Assembly: GCA_963758635.1 (NCBI GenBank) | Contig: CAVWWD010000008.1 | Location: 96,001 to 160,000 of the forward strand | Source of the DNA: an uncultured Candidatus Rokubacteria bacterium | GTDB lineage: Bacteria > Methylomirabilota > Methylomirabilia > Rokubacteriales > CSP1-6 | Reading direction: 5' to 3' | Length of the DNA stretch: 64,000 nt | In this document: positions 55,518-64,000 of the stretch, one piece after another | How the letters are laid out: each line of letters starts with the position of its first letter | How positions within the stretch are numbered: position 1 is the stretch's first letter | Translations under genes and position numbers: made by a program | Notes under the pieces: model-generated | The model's input: only the letters and a program-made list of their open reading frames with translations | The model's database searches: none | What the model was told of the DNA's origin: nothing

Positions 55518-55777
55518 CGGCCCCGGTGGCGACGCTGGAACGACCGCCGGAACTCCCTCCGCGCGCGCGCGATGATGGCGGGGGCGCTCTCGCGGCGGCG
55601 CCAGGCCCCGAGCGTCTCCGCCCAGACGTCGGCGTCTCCCGTCGTCCCGGACTGGTCGGCGCGAAGCCTGATGGCCTCCTCAAGGAACCGACGCTTGGTG
55701 ACACCCAGGCGGCGGGTGACCCGGTTCAGCTCATCAAGGACGGCCTCGTCCAGCCTGGTCGAGAAGATCTTGTCCAT
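55514..55777 (-). CDS. RHH/CopG-like antitoxin
   Basis: FSTRLDEAVLDEL.......TKRRFLEEAI; overlaps the toxin start; cttacgtaag palindrome upstream. Confidence 0.8.
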   Translation of the reverse strand: MDKIFSTRLDEAVLDELNRVTRRLGVTKRRFLEEAIRLRADQSGTTGDADVWAETLGAWRRRESAPAIIARARREFRRSFQRRHRGR

Positions 55778-55847
55778 GCCTCGCGCCTCCTTCTTACGTA
55801 AGCAATCTTACGAAAACAGGCGGTCCGGGTCAAAGGGAGTCGGGTAT

Positions 55848-55981
55848 CTCCCGCACACGCTCCCGCCCGGGGGGGCGAGCGCCTGCTCGACGGCCTCGAA
55901 GCGCGGGAGGAGACCGGGGATCCGCTCAGCCGGCCGCGGCCACCGACGCGCCGGCGCCGGACGTGAGGTAGTCCCACAGCC
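55848..55981. repeat. Right ~135-bp direct repeat
   Basis: Matches 54734-54870. Confidence 0.9.
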
Positions 55982-57951
55982 GCGCGGCGCGCGTCACCGA
56001 CAGATCGACGTCCTCCTCCAGCATGTAGCGCTCCGCGCAGAGCCGGACGGCCGCCGCGCGCACGGCGGCGAGGTAAGCGTCGCGGGACGCGTAGCGCTCC
56101 GCGATCGACCGTCGCGGGTCGCCCGCGGCCTCGCGCTCGGCGCGCGTGCGCGCGAACGGGATGGTGCCGCCCGCGAACACGAGGAGCTGCTCGGCGCCGC
56201 CGATGTCCGGATGGCGGAGCGTCCACCCGGTGTGGGTGGCGAGCGGCACGGACAGCTCGGGGAGCGGGATGCCCGCCCGCTCGTTGCCGTCGTCGTCGAC
56301 GGCGGACACCCGCGAGCCCCACGGCGCGCCTTCGCCCGGCGGGAGCGACGGCGCGCGCAGGGGATCGGCGCCGAAGTCCAGCCGGAGCGGCAGCGGGTGG
56401 CGCGGCGGATAGTGCGCGCCCGGGATGCGCGCGAACACCGTCGCCAGCGCTCCCGGCTCCACCGCCGTGCCGTCGTCCACGCGGGGATGCCGGCTCGGCG
56501 GCGGCTCCACGCCCTCGGTCACCCAGCGGTCCAGGTTGACGAGGCAGGCGCGGAGCAGCCGGCCGTAGTCGAGCGTGCCGCGCACGTTCTGCGAGCGCTC
56601 GACCGTGCCGGTGGCGTCGGCGGCCGCGGCCTGGGTGTCCGTGGGCGGCCACACGCCGAGCCCGTGCTCGGTGCCCGCGAAGTGGTACACGCGCACGTGC
56701 GGGCCGTGGGCCACGTCGCGGCGGCCGTCGGGGTCGGTGTGGATGAGCGAGGCGTCGCCCCGGTGGTACTCGGCCGAGGAGTTCGTGTAGAAGACGCGGA
56801 CGCGGCTGCCGCGCGCGTCGGCGCGCGCGTGGAGCGCGTCGGTCCGGCCGGTGGCCGCGTCGGTCTGCGGCGTGTCCGCGGACGGGAAGACGTGCGCCAT
56901 CATGTGCGGCCGGTCCTTCGAGTTCTGGCCGAAGCGCTGGTTGAACTCGCCGCGCATCCCGCCCGCCACGTTGGCGATGATGCCGTCGAGCGCCTCGCGG
57001 CCGGCCTCGTCGACGTTCAGGTCCTCGTACACGAGCGTGCGCAGGAGGCGGCCGGTCTGCGAGCGGCCGTACGCGTAGCCCCAGCGGATCGCGCCGGGCG
57101 CGGGGTTGCCCTCGGCGGCGCCGCCGTGCTTGAGCCAGGACACCGAATCCCGGAGGGCGGCGAGGGACAGCCCCAGCACGGGCGCGCCCACCGCCGTGTA
57201 GCTGATCCGGTAGAGCCGGCCCTTCTCGAAGCCGCCGTCCAGGTGCACGTGGCGCGCGTCGGGCACGACGCGGCCGTCCACGGCGCGCGCGAAGCGCCAC
57301 CGCTCGCGCGGGATCGGCGTGCCGGGCGCGTCGGGCATGTCGCGCACGGTGAGGAGCGCGTCGGGCTCGATCCAGGTCGGCGGCGGCGTACGGCAGGTGC
57401 CCGCGGTCGGACAGGAGCATGTGGGGGACGGCCACGTGCGACTGGAGCTGCGTGTACACGCGCCCGGTGAGCCGCTGGCCCGCGGCATCGCGCGCCTCCG
57501 GCGCGTAGAGCCGGTAGAGGCCCGCGATCTCGGGCACGTCCGCCTGCCAGCCGCACGAGATGACGACCCAGCCGCGCCGCATGAGGAACCCGTCGCCCAC
57601 GTCGATGTCCGGGTTCGGCTCGGAGCCGGGGCCGAACACCGGGCGCGTCGCGTGGTTGAAGTTCGGCACGGCCACGGTGTTCCCGCGGTTGACCACGTCG
57701 AGCATCACGCGGCCGCTGGCGCGCGCGCGGTCCACCGGCAGCAGCACCGACACGTCGGCGGCGAACTCCACCCGGCCGTCGCGGTTCCGCGGGGCCAGCT
57801 CCACGTCGGTGATCCGCCGGTTGACGGGATGCGCGGGGTCGATGGCGAAGTGGAGCCGGCCCTTCAGCTCCTCGTAGGGGCCGGCGTCGCCGAACGAGCG
57901 GCCTCCGGCGAGCGGGCGTCGAAGCGCGATCTCGAAGCGCGTGACGGGCAT
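55926..57951 (-). CDS. Large alpha/beta hydrolase domain protein (apparent frameshift)
   Basis: DVVNRG, GWQ.D, GRSQTGR nucleophile-like motif, NSSAEY, GTEH, DGNE.AGI. Confidence 0.8.
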
Positions 57952-57964
57952 CGGCGTGGCCTCC

Positions 57965-58684
57965 TCAGCGGCCCTCGCGCTCGAGCCACTCGTCGAGCGG
58001 CGGCACGCGGGCGTCCACCTGGCGCAGGTCGTAGTAGGGGATCGCGGGACGGTACACCTGGAAGACGCGGCGCAGCTCGCCGACGGGCTCGTCGTGCACG
58101 TCCACGCGCAGGTCCACCCGCGCGAACGGCTTGGTGTCGCAGACGAGCAGGGCCGCCGACCGCTGGCCCCCGTGCTGCCCGCCGGCGTCGCGGCCCGCCT
58201 CGATCGCCCGCAGCAGGCGCTCCTCGAGGTCCTCGGCGGGGTCGGCGAGGAACGTCTTCTCCATGGCGTCGAGCACGCGCTCGCCGGTGAGGACGTTGCC
58301 GAGCACGACGTAGCCCTCTCCGGTGCGGTGGCCGGCCCAGTCGCGGTTCTTCTTGCCCGTGCGGGCGGCGGCGAACCCGTCGTCGTCGACCACGCCGAGC
58401 TGGCGGTACTCGGCGTAGGGATCGGTGCGCGCCAGCTCGTCGACCACCGCGGGCGCCTTCAGCCCCATCTCGAGCAGGCGCAGCGCCTGGTAGCCGAGCC
58501 GCGCGTCGGCGATGGCCATGATGGCGACCGCGCCCAGGCGCGCGCGCACGTGCGGCACCCGCGCGCCGACGGCGAGCGAGCGCGTGGTGGTGGCGATGCC
58601 GAGCCGCCCGGTGCGGGCGCAGCGGCCGATGGCGGTGAACGTGTGGAACTCGACGCCCGGCGGCGGCCCGATCGGTGTGGTCAT
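57965..58684 (-). CDS. DUF1028 (Ntn-hydrolase-like) protein
   Basis: TFTAIGRC...GIA, YRQLGVVD, GNVL, QRSAAL, DLRVDVH.EP. Confidence 0.88.
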   Translation of the reverse strand: MTTPIGPPPGVEFHTFTAIGRCARTGRLGIATTTRSLAVGARVPHVRARLGAVAIMAIADARLGYQALRLLEMGLKAPAVVDELARTDPYAEYRQLGVVDDDGFAAARTGKKNRDWAGHRTGEGYVVLGNVLTGERVLDAMEKTFLADPAEDLEERLLRAIEAGRDAGGQHGGQRSAALLVCDTKPFARVDLRVDVHDEPVGELRRVFQVYRPAIPYYDLRQVDARVPPLDEWLEREGR

Positions 58685-58801
58685 GGCGTGCCCTCCCTCG
58701 TGCGCGTCGCTGGCTTCCTCCTCTCGCGGCGGCGTTCCGCGCGCTTGCGGCTTCGACCGCCCCTCAGCCCTCTCCGGAGACGCGGTCCATCGCTCGCCGC
58801 G

Positions 58802-59911
58802 CTACGCGAGGCCGATGGCCGCGGCGACGGTCTCGAGATGCTCGGCGCTGTCGCCGAAGTCGACGCTGGCCGCCTGCATCCGCTTGTGGAGCCGATGCAG
58901 GATGTGCTCCTCGCAGTAGCCGATGGCGCCCAGGATCTGGTGCGCCTTGCGCGCCACCGCCAGGCACGCCTCGCCCGCGTGGGCTTTCGCCATCGCGACG
59001 TCGGCGGCCGAGTCCTGCCCGGTCTCCGCCTTCCAGGCCGCGCGGTACAGCAGGTACCGCGCGCCGTCGACGTGGCGCAGCATGTCCGCGCAGTGGTGCT
59101 GGATGGCCTGGAACGAGCCGATCGGCTTGCCCGACTGCACGCGGGTGCGCGCGTGCTCCACCGACAGCTCGAGCGCGCGCGCGGCGCCGCCCACCAGCTC
59201 GGCGGCCCGCGCGAGGGCGCCGGCGGTCAGCGCGCGCCCGAGCGGTGCGCCGCCCCCGCCGGCCGGCCCGAGCAGATCCTCCGCGCGCACCTCGACGCCC
59301 GACAGCGCGACCTCGAAGCACTTCTCGCCGGAGATCGTCTCCATGGGCGCCACCGCGAGGCCCGGCCGGTCCGCCTCGATCAGGAACAGGCTCACGCCGC
59401 CGCGTCCGCGCGCCACCAGCACGAGGTGATCGGCCAGGTGCGCGTCTCGCACGAAGAGCTTCCGGCCGGTCACGCGCTGGCCCGGCTCCGCGGCCAGGGT
59501 CAGCGCGCGGGGATCCGCGGTGCCGTCCTCCTCGGCGAGCGCCACGGCGCAGAGCCGCTCGCCCTGCGCCATGTCGGGCAGGAGGCGCCGCTGCTGCGCG
59601 GGGCTCGCGGCGGCGAGCAGCAGCGTGGTCGCCACCACCCCGCTCGACACGAACGGGCCCGGCAGCCCGGCGCGGCCCATCTCCTCCACGAGCAGCAGCA
59701 CGTCGAGGAGCGAGCCGCCGCTGCCGCCGAGGTCGGCGGGCACCAGGAGACCGGGCCAGCCGAGCATCGCGATCTCGCTCCAGAGGTCCTCGGGGATCCC
59801 GCGCGGGTCGGTGGCCATCGCCTGGACCAGCTCCGGGGGACAGCGGCGGCGGAGCCATTCGCGCGCGGTGTTGACGAGGAGCCGCTGCGCTTCCGTCGGC
59901 TGGAAGTCCAT
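58802..59911 (-). CDS. Acyl-CoA dehydrogenase, partner subunit
   Basis: PIGSFQAIQH, HQILGAIGY.EE. Confidence 0.9.
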   Translation of the reverse strand: MDFQPTEAQRLLVNTAREWLRRRCPPELVQAMATDPRGIPEDLWSEIAMLGWPGLLVPADLGGSGGSLLDVLLLVEEMGRAGLPGPFVSSGVVATTLLLAAASPAQQRRLLPDMAQGERLCAVALAEEDGTADPRALTLAAEPGQRVTGRKLFVRDAHLADHLVLVARGRGGVSLFLIEADRPGLAVAPMETISGEKCFEVALSGVEVRAEDLLGPAGGGGAPLGRALTAGALARAAELVGGAARALELSVEHARTRVQSGKPIGSFQAIQHHCADMLRHVDGARYLLYRAAWKAETGQDSAADVAMAKAHAGEACLAVARKAHQILGAIGYCEEHILHRLHKRMQAASVDFGDSAEHLETVAAAIGLA

Positions 59912-59923
59912 GGCCGGCGCCGG

Positions 59924-61112
59924 CTACGCCACCGCCTTGGGCAGGCCGAGCCCGCGCACCGCGACGGTGCCGCGCAGGATCTCGGAGGTGCCGCCGGCGA
60001 TGGTGTGGCCGAGGCTCGTCTGGTACATGTGCTGGATCGCGCCGCCGAGCTTCGCCCAGCGCGAGCCCGCGGTGAGCGGGCCGAACGGGCCGAGCAGCTC
60101 CATGCCGAGCGCGGCGAGCTTCTGCCCCGTCTCGTCGGCCATGACCTTGGCGAGCGCCGACTCGTACGTGATCGGGCGGCCCGTCTCGATCATCCAGCCC
60201 GCGCGGTAGAAGAGCATCCGGAGCGCCTCGATCTCCGTCGCGAGCACGGCGAGCTGGCGCCGCACCACGGGATCGCGCGAGAGGGGAGCGCCGTGGCGCG
60301 TCGCCGTGTTCGCGTACGTCACGAGCTGGTCGAGCACCCGGCGCAGGTACGGCGCCTTGTAGAAGCGGCCCCAGAAGCGGTCGGTGTCGAGCCCCTTCAG
60401 GAGCTGGGCGAAGCCCTGGTGCTCGCGGCCCAGGAGGTAGTCGGCGGCCACGCGCACGCCGTCCAGGAACACCTCGTAGTGGTACACGCCGCCCGTCATG
60501 CTCCGGATGGGCCGGATGTCCATGCCCGGCGTGCGGTTGTCCACCACGAACATGCTGAGGCCCTGGTGCCGCTTCGCCGTCGGGTCGGTGCGCGCGAGGA
60601 CGAGGCCGTAGGTGGCGATGCCGGCGTGGCTCGACCAGATCTTGTGGCCGTCGATCACCCAGTGGTCGCCGTCGCGGCGGGCCTCGGTGGTGAGCGACAG
60701 GAGGTCCGAGCCCGCGCCCGGCTCGCTGAAGCCCTGCCAGAACGTGGCCTCGCCGCGCGCGATGCGCGGGAGCACCTCGGTGCGCAGGCGCTCGGAGCCG
60801 TACTGGATGATGGACTCCGCGGTCTGGTCGCAGCCGGCGAGCGGGCCCGAACGGCGCGCCCGCCGCGGCCAGCTCCTCGAGGAGGATCAGCCGGTGGACC
60901 ATGGGCCGCTCCTGGCCGCCGAAGGCGCGGGGCCAGCCGAGCGAGAGCCAGCCGCGGTCGCCCAGCGCGCGCATGAACGCGTGCGAGTGCGCGCCGGAGC
61001 CGTAGCCCGCGTCCATGCCGTCCTCGGGGAAGCGCTCGGGCGGGTGCTCGGCGAGGAAGCGCCGGATCTCCTCGCGGAAGGCCTCGGCGTCGGCGGAGAA
61101 GCCGAATTCCAT
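59924..61112 (-). CDS. Acyl-CoA dehydrogenase (apparent frameshift)
   Basis: FWQGFSEPGAGSDL, GHKIWSS, TIAGGTSEILR. Confidence 0.9.
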
Positions 61113-61129
61113 GGGGACGAGCGGGCCGG

Positions 61130-61895
61130 TCAGGCGTCCGCGCCGACGAGGCGGGGCAGGATGTCGCTGATCGAGCCGCGGATGACCGCGTCGCCCATCT
61201 CGTCCATCGCGGTGGGCTCGGCGTTCAGGATCACCACGCGCGCGCCCACGTCCTTGGCCGTGGGCACCACGCCGGCGATCGGGTACACGGCGAGCGTCGA
61301 GCCCACGGCGAGCATCAGGTCGGCGCGGGACGCGGCGCGCTCGGCGCGGCGCAGGTCCTCGGGCACGAGGCCCTGGCCGAAGGAGATCGTCGCCGACTTC
61401 AGGATGCCGCCGCAGCTCCGGCACGGCGGGTCGGCCTCGCCGGCCTGGACGCGCGCCAGCGCCCGCTCCATCGGGGCGCGCTCGCCGCACGAGAGACACG
61501 TCACCTCGCGCAGCGTGCCGTGGATCTCCACCAGGCGGTCGGGCGAGGTCCCGGCCTTGAGGTGGAGGCCGTCCACGTTCTGCGTGATCAGCATCTCGAG
61601 CTTGCCCCGCTTCTCGAGCGCGACGATGGCGTGGTGTCCCGCGTTCGGCTCGGCGAGCCACGACTTCGACTCGAGGCGCATCTGCCAGGACGCGCTTGCG
61701 CACCTCCGGCTCGGCCACGTAGTTCTGGATCGTCGCCATCTTCTCGGCGCCGGGGTTCTTGGTCCACACGCCCTGGGGGCCGCGGAAGTCGGGGATGCCG
61801 GAGTCGGTGGAGATGCCCGCGCCGGTGAGCACGACCACGCGCTCGGCCGCGTCGATCCAGGCGCGCGCGGTGGCCACGAGCGCGTCGATCGGCAT
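61130..61895 (-). CDS. cobB: Sir2-family NAD-dependent deacylase (apparent frameshift)
   Basis: TGAGISTDSGIPDFRG, TQNVDGLH, EIHG, two CxxC Zn motifs, GSTL.VYP. Confidence 0.92.
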
Positions 61896-61906
61896 CGGCT
61901 CCCGGC

Positions 61907-62404
61907 TCACGGGCGGGCCGCGCGCTCGTTCACCGCGCCCTCCAGCAGGGCGAGGGCCCGCCGGGTGAACTCCCACATGTTCGCCTCGCGATCGGGGCTG
62001 CCCGTCTCCACGGTGATCACGCGCTCGACCGGCCCCGACACCGCGATGCACGCGTGCCCGGCGAGGTCGCCGTAGCGGTTGCCGGTGGGGCCGGTCGCGC
62101 CCGTCTCCGAGAGGCCCCACGTGGTGCCGAGCTGCTCGCGCACCCGGCGGGCCATGATGAGCGCGTAGGGCTCGCTCGACGAGCGCACGCCCTGCATCGT
62201 GTCCTCGGGCACCTGGAGCACCGCGCGGCGCGCCGCCGCGGTGTAGATCACCTCGCCGCCCATGAAGTAGGCGGAAGCGCCCGGCACGGCGAGGAGCGCG
62301 GCCGAGATGAGGCCACCGGCGGACGACTCCGCCACTGCCACCGTCTCCTTCCGGGACTTGAGCAGCGCGCCCAGCGAAGCGGCCATCGGAGAGAGATCGG
62401 GCAT
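61907..62404 (-). CDS. CinA C-terminal/PncC-like protein
   Basis: VAVAESSAGG, PGASAYF, SETGATGP. Confidence 0.85.
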   Translation of the reverse strand: MPDLSPMAASLGALLKSRKETVAVAESSAGGLISAALLAVPGASAYFMGGEVIYTAAARRAVLQVPEDTMQGVRSSSEPYALIMARRVREQLGTTWGLSETGATGPTGNRYGDLAGHACIAVSGPVERVITVETGSPDREANMWEFTRRALALLEGAVNERAARP

Positions 62405-62409
62405 CGGTG

Positions 62410-62942
62410 TCACCTCGTCGTCGGCCGGGCGGTGAGGCCCATGACGCGGCCTACCTGCGTCGGCCGGGGAAGTCGGTCGTGCGCGGCCTGGATGCGGGAG
62501 AGGCGCTCCTGGATCTCCGGGGCCATCGCGGTGGCGCGCCGGGTCTCCTGGCTCACGTGCAGCGACACCAGCTCGTTGGTGGCGGCCAGGTAGCCCTCGG
62601 TCGCGTGGTACATCTCGTGGAAGTAGTGCATGCGCTTGGCGTCGTGGGCGAGGAGCTGCGTGGTGACGCGCAGGGGATCGCCCTCCCGCACCTCGCGCTG
62701 GTAGGTCACGTGCGCCTCCAGGCAGAACGTGGTGACCGGGTGCGCCCGGCGGTGCGCGCGGCCGAGCCCGATCCACTCGAACCAGTCGTCCGTGGCGTGG
62801 TCGAAGATCAGGACGTAGTAGGCCATGTTCAGGTGGCCGTTGTCGTCGATCCACTCCGGGCGGACGACGCCCCGGAAGCCGTCGTAGGGCGCGGCGACGG
62901 AGCCGGCCGCGGCGGCGGGGAGGCTTGTCAGATCCCGGTCAT
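62410..62942 (-). CDS. Hot-dog fold thioesterase (start uncertain)
   Basis: VRPEWIDDNGHLNMAYY..IFD, EAHVTYQREV. Confidence 0.85.
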
Positions 62943-62958
62943 GTCAGGTTCGATCGCC

Positions 62959-63291
62959 TCATTCCGCGAACATCTCCTGTAGTCGCTGAAGGACGGTTGT
63001 GGTTGCTTCGGGTGACAGGCGACCGAGGCGGCGTACAAGGCGCTCGGTGTCAACGGTTCGGAGCTGATCCAAAGCGACGAAGCCGGGCCGGCGTTGGAAG
63101 CGGCACGGTACGCGCCATGGATATGAGCGGCCAGCCGTCGTCATGGGCGCCACGATCACTGTGCGCAGGTACTCGTTCAGTTCGTCGGGTGAGACGACAA
63201 GACACGGGCGCGTCTTCTGGATTTCGCTGCCGAGCGTCGGATCGAGCCGGACCAGGTGAACGTCTCCGCGGGCTCTCGCCGCCCGCGTCAC
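62959..63291 (-). CDS. mazF: MazF/PemK toxin
   Basis: RGDV.LVRLDPTLGSEIQKTRPCLVVS, DQLRTVD..RL. Confidence 0.93.
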   Translation of the reverse strand: MTRAARARGDVHLVRLDPTLGSEIQKTRPCLVVSPDELNEYLRTVIVAPMTTAGRSYPWRVPCRFQRRPGFVALDQLRTVDTERLVRRLGRLSPEATTTVLQRLQEMFAE

Positions 63292-63545
63292 CGCCACTCC
63301 CACTCCTCCCGATCGAAGCGAGTCGCCGAGGGCTGATCAAGGAGGCCGTCATTGCGGGCCTCCGCCATGGCACGCGCTGCCTGCGCCCAGCCGGTTCGCG
63401 GACGTTGGGCTCCCTGGACGACAAGGCGCCCCGGCTCAGCGTGCAGCTCTACCTCGTCGGGCAGCTGCGCCTGATCCAGCAGGATCTTCGGCACGCGGAT
63501 GCCGCGGGAGTTACCGATTCGAACAATCCGAGTCTTGGTGGTCAT
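63288..63545 (-). CDS. mazE: MazE/AbrB antitoxin
   Basis: IVRIGNSRGIRVPK; overlaps the toxin start. Confidence 0.93.
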   Translation of the reverse strand: MTTKTRIVRIGNSRGIRVPKILLDQAQLPDEVELHAEPGRLVVQGAQRPRTGWAQAARAMAEARNDGLLDQPSATRFDREEWEWR

Positions 63546-63549
63546 GTGG

Positions 63550-64000
63550 TCACACTGTAGCTACCACGAGCCGCGTCCGGTAGGTTACGAACATAACATC
63601 CCCCAGGACGAGGAGCGCGCCGGCTCGCTTGGCGCTCATCTCGGCGAAGGCGGCGTCGAAGTCGCTGACGCGGCGAGCCTCGAGGAGCTGAAGCTCCACG
63701 CCCCGGTCCCGGGCGGCGGTCTCGACCTCTTTGAACGCAAGAGCGTTGCCGGGCGTCGCTGGATTCCAGAGAACGGACACCCGAGCAACCTTCGGGACGG
63801 TCTCCCTGAGCAGCGCAAATTGCTTTCCGGCTATCTCCGGGCCGAGCAAGCCGGTCAGCCCTGTGAGGTTTCCCCCTGGGCGCGCCAGACTGGCGGCAAG
63901 CCCTAACGCGACGGGGTCATTGCCTCCCACGCTTACAAGAGGAATCGTCGTGGTCGCATTCCTCGCTGCCACCGCCGTTGGCGTTGAGGGAACGACGATG
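63550..64000 (-). pseudogene. ABC_sub_bind-type substrate-binding protein, C-terminally truncated (5' end off window)
   Basis: ATTTIPLV...DPVALGLAASLARPGGNLTG; stops at RLVVATV without the family's usual C-terminal region. Confidence 0.75.

Noticed and set aside
58764..62120. Apparent Sir2-acyl-CoA dehydrogenase fusion (1118 aa)
   Set aside because: Artefact of frameshifts; each gene has its own start and stop. The Sir2 is a CobB-type deacylase with a Zn module, not a defence SIR2.

Overview
This is a very GC-rich, gene-dense 64 kb bacterial window. The gene content (LLM oxidoreductases, paired acyl-CoA dehydrogenases, peptide ABC transporters, an ABC_sub_bind-type protein, many TA modules) suggests Candidatus Rokubacteria/Methylomirabilota, but that is inference. 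Many conserved genes are split by 1-2 nt indels, most likely long-read sequencing errors, so they are called as CDS rather than pseudogenes. The backbone is catabolic: CoA/lipid metabolism, SDRs, hydrolases, glgC, ald, ggt, pdxH, two dpp/opp-type ABC clusters and Sir2/CinA. Accessory features: (i) a lower-GC island at about 19.3-22.5 kb with a DUF222-HNH gene, a NucS-like PD-(D/E)xK nuclease fused to an EVE/PUA-like domain, and a DUF4268-type nuclease remnant; (ii) five TA pairs plus an orphan antitoxin, one pair lying between ~135-bp direct repeats; (iii) two stand-alone NRPS-like A-T didomains lacking the amino-binding Asp; (iv) several non-coding repeat families, including a ~95-nt element found three times just upstream of genes, REP-like palindromes and a ~210-bp hairpin element. 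No rRNA, tRNA or CRISPR array was recognised.
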